The notes: generated by a model not told the origin, from the letters alone. Counted from the stretch's first letter, positions 1 to 9,375 are shown. The stretch: DNA of 29,315 nt from Candidatus Latescibacterota bacterium (GCA_038279365.1 JAYODI010000073.1:1-29315), one strand, 5' to 3'. Numbers and translations are program-made.

Positions 1-52
1 TGTCCTGCTCATTTTTTATAGCTCATTTTTCAACCTATTGTCCAAACCTTAG

Positions 53-77
53 TATTTATAGAGTTTATCTATAAATA
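53..77. promoter_or_regulatory. Perfect 10-bp inverted repeat (TATTTATAGA-N5-TCTATAAATA), candidate operator upstream of ino1
   Basis: Seen directly in the AT-rich region upstream of ino1; a regulatory role is inferred. Confidence 0.4.
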
Positions 78-213
78 ATATAATAATTATTGATTTGTCT
101 GATAAGTGCTAATTGCTGAAGTTTATCTTCGATAATGATTCAGGTGTGAATTTGCAGATGGTTTTTACGCAATTTTACACAATTTTGCAATGAATGACAT
201 CAGGAGGTTTGGT

Positions 214-1296
214 ATGGGGCGCAAAGTACGTGTTGCCATTATTGGCGTGGGCAACTGTGCATCATCTTTGGTGCAAGGTGTTGAATTTTACAGAAATGCA
301 AAAGAAGATGAATTTATTCCGGGTTTGATGCACCCCAATTTGGGTGGGCTACATGTGGGCGACATCGAGTTTTCTGCCGCATTTGATATTGCCAAAGAAA
401 AAGTGGGCAAAGATTTAAGTGAAGCCATTGCAGCATATCCAAACAACACCATTAAATTTGCCGATGTGCCGCATTTGGATGTGCCTGTACATCGTGGGAT
501 GACGCATGATGGTCTGGGTAAGTATTTGTCGCAAATGATTGAAAAAGCTGAAGGTGATACGGTGGATGTGGCCGAAATCCTGAAGGCCACACGGACAGAT
601 GTGGTGGTCAATTATTTGCCCGTAGGCAGTGAAGAAGCCACCAAGTGGTATGTGGAGCAAATTTTGCAAGCAGGTTGTGCATTTGTCAATTGTGTGCCTG
701 TGTTTATTGCCAGCAAAGGACATTGGCCCGAACGATTTGAAAAACGTGGTTTACCAATGATTGGTGATGACATTAAATCACAAGTAGGTGCAACCATTAC
801 ACACCGTGTGTTAACGCGTTTGTTCCGCGAGCGGGGTGTGAAATTGAACCGAACGTATCAATTAAACTTTGGTGGCAATACAGATTTTTACAATATGTTA
901 GAACGCGACCGTTTGGAGTCGAAAAAAATCAGCAAAACCCAAGCGGTGACCTCTCAGCTTGATTATGATATGGGCGATGACAATGTGCACGTGGGCCCCA
1001 GTGATCATATTCCTTGGTTGGAAGATCGCAAGTGGTGCCATATTCGTATGGAAGGTGAGACGTTTGGTGGTGTGCCTTTGAATCTGGAAATGAAATTGGA
1101 AGTGTGGGATTCGCCCAACTCTGCGGGTGTGGTCATTGATGCGGTGCGGTGTTGTAAATTGGCCCTTGAACACGGCATTAAAGGCCCCTTGTTGGCACCT
1201 TCATCATACTTTATGAAATCACCTCCCAAGCAGTTTAGCGATGATCAAGCACGACAAATGACAGATGACTTTATTCGTCAATATGGGCGCAAGTAA
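214..1296 (+). CDS. ino1: myo-inositol-1-phosphate synthase (inositol-3-phosphate synthase)
   Basis: Rossmann motif [41 protein letters not shown] and WDSPNSAG are MIPS motifs. AGGAGG at 202-207 favours ATG 214 over the track start at 190. Confidence 0.95.
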   Translation: MGRKVRVAIIGVGNCASSLVQGVEFYRNAKEDEFIPGLMHPNLGGLHVGDIEFSAAFDIAKEKVGKDLSEAIAAYPNNTIKFADVPHLDVPVHRGMTHDGLGKYLSQMIEKAEGDTVDVAEILKATRTDVVVNYLPVGSEEATKWYVEQILQAGCAFVNCVPVFIASKGHWPERFEKRGLPMIGDDIKSQVGATITHRVLTRLFRERGVKLNRTYQLNFGGNTDFYNMLERDRLESKKISKTQAVTSQLDYDMGDDNVHVGPSDHIPWLEDRKWCHIRMEGETFGGVPLNLEMKLEVWDSPNSAGVVIDAVRCCKLALEHGIKGPLLAPSSYFMKSPPKQFSDDQARQMTDDFIRQYGRK

Positions 1297-1383
1297 GGCA
1301 TTATCCATCTCATGGAGATGAAACCCAATTTCAACCTTTGATGGTATATGGGATTAAGAAGCTTAATCATCTCACATTTTTTT

Positions 1384-1420
1384 AAAAAAAGCGGCAGTCT
1401 TTAAAGACGGTCGCTTTTTT
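1384..1420 (+). terminator. Intrinsic (possibly bidirectional) terminator after ino1
   Basis: A-run, imperfect stem GCGGCAGTCT-TTAA-AGACGGTCGC, then T-run. Confidence 0.75.
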
Positions 1421-1452
1421 ATTTATCTGTCAGTCGCCTCTTTGAGAAGCGC

Positions 1453-1481
1453 TTGATATTGTCATCCAAATGATTTAGCTT
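1453..1481 (+). promoter_or_regulatory. Candidate sigma70 promoter
   Basis: TTGATA (1453-1458), 17-bp spacer, TAGCTT (1476-1481), about 60 nt upstream of ATG 1543. Confidence 0.45.
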
Positions 1482-1542
1482 GTAGCACATGAAATGGAGC
1501 TTATATGTCACAAATGGGTGTTTCAAATAAGAGGATCGTCAA

Positions 1543-2337
1543 ATGATTAAAATAGGCTCAAACTTTTTAAGTTTGAAAAATACCACCATTGAAGACTTCA
1601 TTAAAACCAGTTATGATCTAAAATTGGATGTGGTAGATTTTCATCAGCGGGCATTTGAATCGACAGATCCTGCTTATTTGGGTGGCATTAAGGCATTGTG
1701 TTTAAAATATGGTTTGCCCATTGGATATATAGGTGTCAGCGGATTGTTTCACGGCACATCAACCGAGCGGGCCGAACATGCCAAAACGGCCAAAGAAGCC
1801 GTAGATTTGGCCGCTTTTTTGGGATCGCCAATCATTCGTTTGTTTTGTTCAACAATTCCCAAAAAGAATGGCGATGGTGAAGAGACCTGGCCTGCGATGA
1901 TTGCAGGATATCAAGATGTGGCCGACTATGCAGCATCCAAAGGCATTGCTGTGGGATTGCAGAATCACCCTTCTACGGGTGATGAAATGTTGCAAATTCG
2001 CGCAGAAACAGACCGTGAAAATTTTAATTTTATTATGGATACAGGGCAGTGGGTCGGCTCACCAGGGTCGGCACCGCGCGGTGAAACAGACCCAAATATC
2101 GATTTTTATAAATTTATGGAACAAACCATTCCGTATGCGATGTATATTCGTACCAAATTTTATAAAAATGAAAGTGGCACAGAAGAGTGGTTGGATTATG
2201 CACGCATTGCCAAGATCATTAAGCATGTGAATTACAATGGTTGTATTTCCATTGTGTATGAAGGCGAACACGAAGACCGCGTTGAGCAAGTACGTCTTGC
2301 AGTGGCTCAGTTGCGAAGTTTACTAAGCGGTTATTAA
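1543..2337 (+). CDS. Sugar-phosphate isomerase/epimerase family TIM-barrel protein (xylose isomerase-like / AP_endonuc_2), atypical metal site
   Basis: Pattern AVDLAAFLGSPIIRLF, GLQNH, MDTGQW, LDYARI...YNGCISIVYEG; RBS GAGGA. Confidence 0.8.
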   Translation: MIKIGSNFLSLKNTTIEDFIKTSYDLKLDVVDFHQRAFESTDPAYLGGIKALCLKYGLPIGYIGVSGLFHGTSTERAEHAKTAKEAVDLAAFLGSPIIRLFCSTIPKKNGDGEETWPAMIAGYQDVADYAASKGIAVGLQNHPSTGDEMLQIRAETDRENFNFIMDTGQWVGSPGSAPRGETDPNIDFYKFMEQTIPYAMYIRTKFYKNESGTEEWLDYARIAKIIKHVNYNGCISIVYEGEHEDRVEQVRLAVAQLRSLLSGY

Positions 2338-2387
2338 TGGCACACAAGTTATGGATATCAATCCATATTTAAGATGGGGAGAAAGAC

Positions 2388-3398
2388 ATGTATTTGGGTA
2401 CTCAAGGAACATTTAATGACGATGTGGAATTAGAAGTGCTGGCGCAATTGGGTGTAAATTATGTCGATCATACACCGTCTTCACCCTGGACGGAGTGGAC
2501 AACAGATATGATAGTAGAACAACGTGAACGATTTGATCGACACGGCATTCGGCTTGAAATGATGCATTTGCCTCTTCGAGGAAGGCCAGCCATCAAAGAT
2601 ACCACCGGGAGAGCAGGGCAACCCAATTCGGCAGGTGTAATTTTTTTGGGCGCAAGTGATGAACGAGATCGTCAAATTGATCAGGTATGCAATGTGATTC
2701 GCATGGCTGGAGAGGCAGGTTTACGAGGCCTCAATTACAACATCACCATATTGGGTCATTTAAGAACGCCAGCCAAAAAAGGGCGTGGTGGCGCGACGCT
2801 TTCGACATTTGAATTTGATAAGCTCGATCAATCTTTGGGCGAGTTTGAAGGCGGCGCCGCAGATGAAGATACGATGTGGGAACGCATTGATTATTTTTTA
2901 CAGCGCGTGATTCCCGTTGCAGAAGAATACAAAGTACAAATGGCCTGTCACCCATCAGATCCGGGCATCGGCATGGATAAGACGTATCGTGGCGTAGCCC
3001 GTCCATTGGGTATGCCAGAAGGGTTTAAAAAATTTATTGAGTTGTATGACAGCCCATATAATGGATTGAATTTTTGCCAAGGATGTATGTCTGAGGCATT
3101 GGAAAATCCTGCAACAGAAATTTTGGATGTCATTCGCTACTTTGGTGAACGAAAGAAAATTTTTAATGTGCATTTTCGAAATATTAAGGGCGGGCTGAAT
3201 AATTTTGTGGAAGTGTTTCCCGATGAAGGCGATATCAATATGATTGAAGCGCTTAAGGTGTATAAAGAAGTGGGATACGAGTACATGATTATGCCCGATC
3301 ACGTGCCCAAAATTTCAGGGCCATCTCCACGCGAGGTCGGCTTTGCATATTCTTATGGTTATATTCATGCCGCACTACAAGCCGTGAATGCGTCGTAG
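2388..3398 (+). CDS. uxuA: Mannonate dehydratase (UxuA family)
   Basis: MWERIDYFLQRVIPVAEEYKVQMACHPSDP, GLNFCQG, VHFRN, EVFPDEGD and MPDHVP match UxuA motifs. Confidence 0.85.
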   Translation: MYLGTQGTFNDDVELEVLAQLGVNYVDHTPSSPWTEWTTDMIVEQRERFDRHGIRLEMMHLPLRGRPAIKDTTGRAGQPNSAGVIFLGASDERDRQIDQVCNVIRMAGEAGLRGLNYNITILGHLRTPAKKGRGGATLSTFEFDKLDQSLGEFEGGAADEDTMWERIDYFLQRVIPVAEEYKVQMACHPSDPGIGMDKTYRGVARPLGMPEGFKKFIELYDSPYNGLNFCQGCMSEALENPATEILDVIRYFGERKKIFNVHFRNIKGGLNNFVEVFPDEGDINMIEALKVYKEVGYEYMIMPDHVPKISGPSPREVGFAYSYGYIHAALQAVNAS

Positions 3399-3424
3399 AA
3401 TTGGCATTGCAAATTTCCCATTTT

Positions 3425-3452
3425 TGCTCAGGTCGCTGTATGGATCTGAGCA
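3425..3452 (+). terminator. Stem-loop after uxuA, possible terminator
   Basis: TGCTCAGGTC / GATCTGAGCA 10-bp stem (one G-U) followed by TTATCTTTT. Confidence 0.4.
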
Positions 3453-3482
3453 TTATCTTTTATGAGAAGAGTTTAAAAAATA

Positions 3483-4652
3483 ATGAATATTGAAAAGCAA
3501 TTTCCTTGTGTTGCAGATCTTGAAGCTGCGGCACTTCTTCGTCTTCCCAAATTTGCACGAGACTATTTAACAGGTGGTATTGGCAATGGTATAAATGTTC
3601 GAAAAAATCGCGAGGCGCTAAATGGGGTTGAGTTGTTGCCACGTTATCTTTGTGATGTGAATAACCCCGATATTTCTTGTCGTTTGTTTGGACAAAATTA
3701 TGATGCGCCATTTGGTGTGGCACCTGTGGGTCTGTCAGGTTTAATTTGGCCCAGAGCCGAAACTCTTTTGGCAACAGCGGCGAAGGCACACAATATCCCA
3801 TATGTATTAAGTACTGTTTCAACAGCAAAACTTGAAGATATTCGCAAGGTAGCAGGGGATAACGGTTGGTTTCAACTGTATACACCCCGTGAGTCAGATA
3901 TTCGGAAAGATTTGTTGCGTCGTTGTGAGCAAGCAGGTTATGAGACATTGGTTGTAACAGCTGATGTGCCCTATCTCACACGTCGTGATCACGATATTCG
4001 CAACGGGCTTTCTGTGCCACCGCAATTTAATTTGGGAACACTGTTACAAATGTTTCGACATCCCAATTGGGCCTTGCGCATGCTTCGTGCAGGAGTGCCT
4101 AAATTTGTGAATTTGGCTCCATATTACGATCAAAGTAAATTGCGTGGACACGCTGATGAAATAAAAGAGTCTGTGCGATTTATTAAGGAACGGTTTGGGG
4201 TGCATATTGATCGTGATATTTTTGGTGAGATTCGGGATCATTGGTCGGGAAAGATCTTGGTAAAAGGTGTGCTGAGTCCAGAGGATGCAAAAGGATATAT
4301 CGCGTTGGGTGCCGATGGTATTGTTGTTTCAAACCATGGTGGACGACAATTGGATGCGGCACCTTCTTCGGTGGCAATGTTGCCTCACATTCGCAAAGCC
4401 GTTGGCCCCGATGTGCCACTCATTGCAGACAGCGGTGTGCGCTCTGGGTTGGACATTGCACGCATGTTGGCATTGGGAGCTGACTTTGTGATGATGGGAC
4501 GGCCGTTTTTGTTTGCAGTGGCCGCATTGGATCACTTGGGTGGGGATCATGTGATGGGTATTCTCAAGGCCGAGTTGCAGTGTACGATGGGGCAGTTGGG
4601 GTGTGCGACTGTGAAGGATTTGCCAAAATTTTTGGGTTCAAATACGGATTAA
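3483..4652 (+). CDS. FMN-dependent alpha-hydroxy acid dehydrogenase/oxidase (LldD-like)
   Basis: APFGVAPVG, WFQLY, RDHDIRNG, VKGV, SNHGGRQLD, DSGVRSGLDI and GRPF motifs. Confidence 0.92.
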   Translation: MNIEKQFPCVADLEAAALLRLPKFARDYLTGGIGNGINVRKNREALNGVELLPRYLCDVNNPDISCRLFGQNYDAPFGVAPVGLSGLIWPRAETLLATAAKAHNIPYVLSTVSTAKLEDIRKVAGDNGWFQLYTPRESDIRKDLLRRCEQAGYETLVVTADVPYLTRRDHDIRNGLSVPPQFNLGTLLQMFRHPNWALRMLRAGVPKFVNLAPYYDQSKLRGHADEIKESVRFIKERFGVHIDRDIFGEIRDHWSGKILVKGVLSPEDAKGYIALGADGIVVSNHGGRQLDAAPSSVAMLPHIRKAVGPDVPLIADSGVRSGLDIARMLALGADFVMMGRPFLFAVAALDHLGGDHVMGILKAELQCTMGQLGCATVKDLPKFLGSNTD

Positions 4653-4884
4653 AGTGCCGAGGTATACGGTAGTTAAAAACATTTATTGGGGGGTGTTCTA
4701 CAGAAGAGCACGACTTTCAATCTGATTTTGAAAAATCAGCAACGCTGTGCTGTGTTGTCATTGAAACACAGTTTCATTATTGCAGAAAAGATGGATGTTG
4801 CCGACCTTAATCACACGTTAAACCAAACCGAACACATATCAAATGCGTTTGTCTTTTTCAACCCTTAAACCAACTGAGTTGATA

Positions 4885-6072
4885 ATGTCAAAACACTTAA
4901 ATTTAGATGAACGGTTGCGCGTGCCCTACTCCATTGGCACGGGCATTCCCAAAGGCGGTGATGCAGAGATTGAGGGGTATTTGCAATCGCTGCGCATCCA
5001 GGGTTTTTGTGTCATTGAGCGGGTGATTCCCGAGGATCAGGTCGTTGCGGTGCGCACGAGCGTGCATCGGGGCCGCGAATTGTTGCAGAAAGACCGTGAG
5101 GTGGAGCGTCGCAAGCGCATCAAACTGGAGCGTAACAGAATGCCCGGTGTAGAGATCGACGACAGTCCCGAACGTTTTGAACGGTGGCGTTCAGACCCCG
5201 TGCGGCCCCCTCTTCCACCCCACGCCGAGTTGTGCGATATCGCACGATGTGAGACCTTTGCCGAATATCTTGCAGAACCACGTGTGCTTCGGGTGGCCAG
5301 GGCCATGCTTGATCCGCACATTCGTATTTTGCAGACGGAGGTAAACAAGTCGTCGCGGCCAGCGGAAAAGCCGTTATCTGAGGCGCAATTGAGACGCCGA
5401 AGTTGGCATTCAGATTGGCCACACGATTTGAGCGCATATGGACCAAACAGCGAACAACCGTGGAAACATTGCGGGGCGGTTGCCCAGCCCTTTCCCGATG
5501 TTTGCATGGCGCTGTCTACAGTTTGGTACCTCGGGCCAGAAGACGTCACCCCATTTAATGGCGGCACGTGGATTGTTCCAGGGTCGCACAAAGATCCGCG
5601 CAACCCGCGTGGGCCTGACGACGGGATTGACGAGCGTGCACCAATTCCAGGGGAATTTCAGGTCTCGGCTCCTGCAGGCTCGGTGTTTATGCAAGACACG
5701 CGGATTTGGCACTCAAGCGCAATTAACCAGAGCGAACACGAGCGCACGGCAGTGGTGTGTCGCTACGCACCATGGTGGCTTTCGGGAAATGAGTTTGGCA
5801 ATTTACACTCGGGCGGACACACGTTGAGAACGTATGTGCCAAAGGAGGTGTATGCGAAGTTTTCTCCTGAGCTGAAACTGTTGTACAGACACATTGCCGA
5901 AGATGAAGAAGATGTGTTGCAGCCAGAGAACCAACAAAAGGCGATGCGCGCTCGGTTTGTTGATCAACCAGAACTGCGCCAGCCAGACCACATGGGCAAC
6001 AACAGCCACATCATTGCCGGTGCAATAAGCGCTGAGGAATGGAAACAGAGCCACGCCAAGAACGCGCGCTAA
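4885..6072 (+). CDS. Phytanoyl-CoA dioxygenase (PhyH) family Fe(II)/2-oxoglutarate dioxygenase
   Basis: GFCVIERVIP, WHSDW (HxD), NGGTWIVPGSHK, AGSV..DTRIWHS (distal His) and the following Arg. Start could be 4843 or 4885. Confidence 0.88.
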   Translation: MSKHLNLDERLRVPYSIGTGIPKGGDAEIEGYLQSLRIQGFCVIERVIPEDQVVAVRTSVHRGRELLQKDREVERRKRIKLERNRMPGVEIDDSPERFERWRSDPVRPPLPPHAELCDIARCETFAEYLAEPRVLRVARAMLDPHIRILQTEVNKSSRPAEKPLSEAQLRRRSWHSDWPHDLSAYGPNSEQPWKHCGAVAQPFPDVCMALSTVWYLGPEDVTPFNGGTWIVPGSHKDPRNPRGPDDGIDERAPIPGEFQVSAPAGSVFMQDTRIWHSSAINQSEHERTAVVCRYAPWWLSGNEFGNLHSGGHTLRTYVPKEVYAKFSPELKLLYRHIAEDEEDVLQPENQQKAMRARFVDQPELRQPDHMGNNSHIIAGAISAEEWKQSHAKNAR

Positions 6073-6118
6073 ACGCAAGAATATCCGTCTTCAGCTCGTT
6101 GAGAAATTTTTGGCAGTT

Positions 6119-6859
6119 TTACTTCCCCACCGATCCAAAATAAATTGCAAAATGTTGTACACCATCTAAACCCAAAGCGCGGTTGAGATCATCGTCGTTA
6201 AAGGCCGCGCTGGTGCAGGTGTTACACCCTACTGCTTGTACGGCAAGGTATAAACTGTGCCCGACATGGCCAGCATCTAAGTGCAGGTAACGATACCCTC
6301 TTTCGCCATAACGCCAGTTCATGCGCCCCACAACGGCTGTCCAGATGAAGGTGACAGCACTGGTTTGGATGAGGTCGGGTTGCAAGGTGGCTTGGGCAAT
6401 GCGGGCGTTTGTTTCAGGTGAGAGACCGACAATGCCCAAACGGTGAGAGAGTGCCAAGTAACGATAGAGGCCAGGTTCTAATCCTTCCACTTTGTGAATC
6501 ACAACATAGGTTTCAAATGCGTGGCGTGCACCTGCCGAAGGAACCGTGCGAAAGGTTTCGCCCTGATCAATTTCTTTAACCCCTTGGGTTGCCCAAAGCA
6601 AAAAAGACAATTCGCCCAAAGAAAGTGACCCATCTAAAAAGACACGTTCACTTTTGCGGTTTTCGATGGCTTTTTTAAGATCGATGGTTTCTACCTCTGT
6701 TGAATGAGGATCAGGCAGTTCAATGGTTTCACCTTGAAAAGGCAATTCAGGCATGGGGGGAGGCATACCACGTTGCTGACCTGAGGGTTCTAAGTTTTGA
6801 AATTGTGTGCGTCGCATAAAGTCGGGGCCAATTTGTGGCTTTTTTTTGCGTTTTGCCAT
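6119..6859 (-). CDS. SagB/ThcOx family nitroreductase-like FMN oxidoreductase
   Basis: RKSER, LSFLLWATQG, RTVPSAGARH, GLEPGLYRY and YGERGYRYLHLDAGH motifs. Confidence 0.9.
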   Translation of the reverse strand: MAKRKKKPQIGPDFMRRTQFQNLEPSGQQRGMPPPMPELPFQGETIELPDPHSTEVETIDLKKAIENRKSERVFLDGSLSLGELSFLLWATQGVKEIDQGETFRTVPSAGARHAFETYVVIHKVEGLEPGLYRYLALSHRLGIVGLSPETNARIAQATLQPDLIQTSAVTFIWTAVVGRMNWRYGERGYRYLHLDAGHVGHSLYLAVQAVGCNTCTSAAFNDDDLNRALGLDGVQHFAIYFGSVGK

Positions 6860-6987
6860 TTTGTGTGCTCTTTTCTTTTTTTTGGTATTTAATTCGTGTA
6901 TATTTACGGCGGTGATTTGAGATCTTCGGTTTATGGTCTCATTTTTTTATTATTGATGTGCGTGACTCTTCATTTGGGAATATCACA

Positions 6988-7695
6988 GTGACCGAACATT
7001 TGCAACTGCTTACCGTAACTGCGGCGTCGATTGGGTTTATTCATACGCTGCTTGGGCCAGACCATTATTTACCATTTATTGTCATGGCCAAGGCCCGCCA
7101 ATGGTCGCGCGTAAAGATGCTCACAGTAACAACATTGTGCGGATTGGGCCATGTGTTGAGTTCCATCTTGTTAGGTGCAGTAGGCCTTTGGATTGGCGTT
7201 CAATTGTTTCACTTAGAAGCCATTGAAGCCTATCGCGGTGATTTGGCAGCTTATGCCTTGATATTTTTTGGTGCGGCCTATGGCATTTGGGGCTTGCGCC
7301 AAGCCTATAAAAATCGCCCACACAGGCATTTGCATATTCATGGGGATGGCAAGTTACACACGCATGTGCATACACATCAAAAGGAACACGCACACGTGCA
7401 TACGGCGAAAGATAGAACATTGACCCCTTGGATGTTGTTTACCATTTTTGTGCTTGGCCCCTGTGAACCATTGATTCCGCTCCTGATGTTTCCGGCCGCC
7501 GAAGAAAGTGTGTTGGGCGCTGCATGGATAGCCTTGGTTTTTGGTGTAGTTACAATTATAACCATGCTTGCTGTGGTTTATACGGCATCGTTGGGCATTG
7601 AACGTTTGCCACTCAAACCCATTGAACGATACAGCCACGCACTGGCAGGTTTTGCCATCTGTATGTGTGGTGTGGCCGTCACACTCGGATTATAA
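6988..7695 (+). CDS. His-rich nickel/cobalt transporter-like membrane protein (NicO/UreH-like)
   Basis: HTLLGPDH signature, GLGHV, His-rich loop HRHLHIH...HTHVHTH..EHAHVH, GPCEP, several hydrophobic segments. Start GTG 6988 or 6958. Confidence 0.8.
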   Translation: MTEHLQLLTVTAASIGFIHTLLGPDHYLPFIVMAKARQWSRVKMLTVTTLCGLGHVLSSILLGAVGLWIGVQLFHLEAIEAYRGDLAAYALIFFGAAYGIWGLRQAYKNRPHRHLHIHGDGKLHTHVHTHQKEHAHVHTAKDRTLTPWMLFTIFVLGPCEPLIPLLMFPAAEESVLGAAWIALVFGVVTIITMLAVVYTASLGIERLPLKPIERYSHALAGFAICMCGVAVTLGL

Positions 7696-7720
7696 AACTT
7701 TCATCGTTATTTGATGGTTC

Positions 7721-9301
7721 TTAAGGTGTGTGGTATGTGCCATCTATTTGTGCGTCTGTTGCCACATTTTTAACAGCACCTTTTCCCAATCTGTCTTCTA
7801 ATTGCTTCCAATAAAGGCTACGGGGTGTCACTTTTTGACCGTGTGATTCCCAGTAGCCATCCTCTCGTTTGTGCCAACCGTCTTTTTTCTCTCCGATACA
7901 TCCAATACAATAATTTTGTGACGTGGGTGGTTTCTGCACCACAAAACTTTCTGCCTCACAATTCCACAATACTTTTTGTGCACCAGCCCAACCGTGTCCG
8001 GTGCCTGAATTTTGTCTGTCTTGTACGTTAATGGCATTGCCTTTAACAATGACGTTGTCAAAGAGAGTACAAACCGACCACCGGTGGTGTGGGCCTGTGT
8101 CTGAGTGCGCGATGTCTGCCACACAGTCTACAAATGCATTGGGGCCAGGTACACGTGCGTGTAAAACATAATCGTGACGGCCTCGGCGTGTGTAACACCG
8201 TTGTACGAGTGACAACTGCCCGTGAATGGGAAAGGAATAACGTCGGCCTCCGGTGACTTGTGAAACGGGGTCTAAACATTGGCTGTCTTCTACAGTCATC
8301 CATTTGGCCAAGGCGCCGACAGTGACACAAGAATAACCAAAGTGAACCGATGTGATATGGCGTGCCCAAACGTTTTGTGCGCGTGAAAAGACCACAAAAT
8401 CCCAGCCGTGATCTTCATCGGCAAATTCATCTTTGTGACGACGATCGGGAATGTTGTTGTCAAATTCTGAAATGCCTCGAATGTGCTCGATGCCTACTTG
8501 TTCGATGCGCTCGGGGTAATTGTATTTGTAGATCGTTCCACCGCCATATTCGCGTTCTATGGCATTGCCCAAGGGCGCGTCTATGGTAATGTGGTTGCCT
8601 TCTATTTGGGTGATGATGCGGTCAAAGTGAAAGTCGTAGGTGCCGGGTTCCCATTGACGCAATCCTTCTTTGTGCTCAATGCGATCCATGCCAAGTGCCG
8701 AGATCCATTTGGCGGTGCTGGGGCGATGAACGATGATTTGATCACCCACGGCGAAGTTTGATGCGTTTTCGATTTCGAAGGTGCGTGAACCCACTGGCAC
8801 ATATTCGGTTGTAATAGATTGCCGTGTACCGTCTATTTCTTGCGGTTTGCCTGCACCCGAAAAAGCAACCAATGTGCGTTTACCCGTGCCAGTGGCAATA
8901 AACCGAGTACCCGTTTCATCATTGCCTTCACCGCGCAATACGATGCCTGAGGCTTGAATGTGCAGGGTTGTGGCGATGCGGTATTCGCCTTTTTTGAATA
9001 GAATGGCCCCGCGAAATCCATCGGTGTTTATGGGGCGTGTGGAGACGCTGTCGATGAGGGTTTGTAAGCGTGCGGTGTCGTCGCCATTGGCGGTGGGCTC
9101 GACGGTTGCGACAACAGGCACATTGGCCAGTGCCACACCGCCGCCCATATACCCACAATGTGAAAAGTCGGGTATGATGGTGCCGTTTTCATCGGGTGTG
9201 TAAACGAGTTTTCCATCTTGGCCTGGATATACCAACTTGCTCATGTTTGTCTCCTCGGCGTGTAGGCTTAATGTACTAATTAAAAATAAGATGATGAACA
9301 T
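7721..9301 (-). CDS. Secreted pectin-lyase-fold (right-handed beta-helix) protein, probable glycan-active enzyme
   Basis: Hydrophobic signal peptide ending LHA-EE; IPDFSHCGY, GDDTARLQ..ID, GAILFKKGEY, SGIVLRGEG (Pectate_lyase_3-like start), GGRRYSF, GPHHRW, GHGWAGA. Confidence 0.72.
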   Translation of the reverse strand: MFIILFLISTLSLHAEETNMSKLVYPGQDGKLVYTPDENGTIIPDFSHCGYMGGGVALANVPVVATVEPTANGDDTARLQTLIDSVSTRPINTDGFRGAILFKKGEYRIATTLHIQASGIVLRGEGNDETGTRFIATGTGKRTLVAFSGAGKPQEIDGTRQSITTEYVPVGSRTFEIENASNFAVGDQIIVHRPSTAKWISALGMDRIEHKEGLRQWEPGTYDFHFDRIITQIEGNHITIDAPLGNAIEREYGGGTIYKYNYPERIEQVGIEHIRGISEFDNNIPDRRHKDEFADEDHGWDFVVFSRAQNVWARHITSVHFGYSCVTVGALAKWMTVEDSQCLDPVSQVTGGRRYSFPIHGQLSLVQRCYTRRGRHDYVLHARVPGPNAFVDCVADIAHSDTGPHHRWSVCTLFDNVIVKGNAINVQDRQNSGTGHGWAGAQKVLWNCEAESFVVQKPPTSQNYCIGCIGEKKDGWHKREDGYWESHGQKVTPRSLYWKQLEDRLGKGAVKNVATDAQIDGTYHTP

Positions 9302-9328
9302 TTGGTTTCTTGGTTTTGATTTGATTAT

Positions 9329-9375
9329 CGCGGGAATAAATTCCCGCGCAAAATATAAAAAAAGTCCTTCGGACT
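9329..9375. repeat. Paired palindromes (CGCGGGAAT-AA-ATTCCCGCG and AGTCCTTCGGACT), REP-like unit or terminator
   Basis: Perfect 9-bp inverted repeat at 9329-9348 and short hairpin at 9363-9375. On the minus strand the latter is followed by a T-run. Confidence 0.55.

Noticed and set aside
1-30. GCTCATTTTT direct repeat and a possible minus-strand gene start at 12
   Set aside because: Too little sequence at the window edge to support a call.
5037-5603. 188-aa antisense ORF in PhyH, and similar shadow ORFs such as 3460-3948 and 16106-16609
   Set aside because: They lie over well-supported genes and have no motifs or RBS; expected by chance.
6119-6859. SagB/ThcOx gene as a sign of a thiazole/oxazole RiPP cluster
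   Set aside because: No YcaO, precursor peptide or exporter nearby; stand-alone SagB-type nitroreductases are common.
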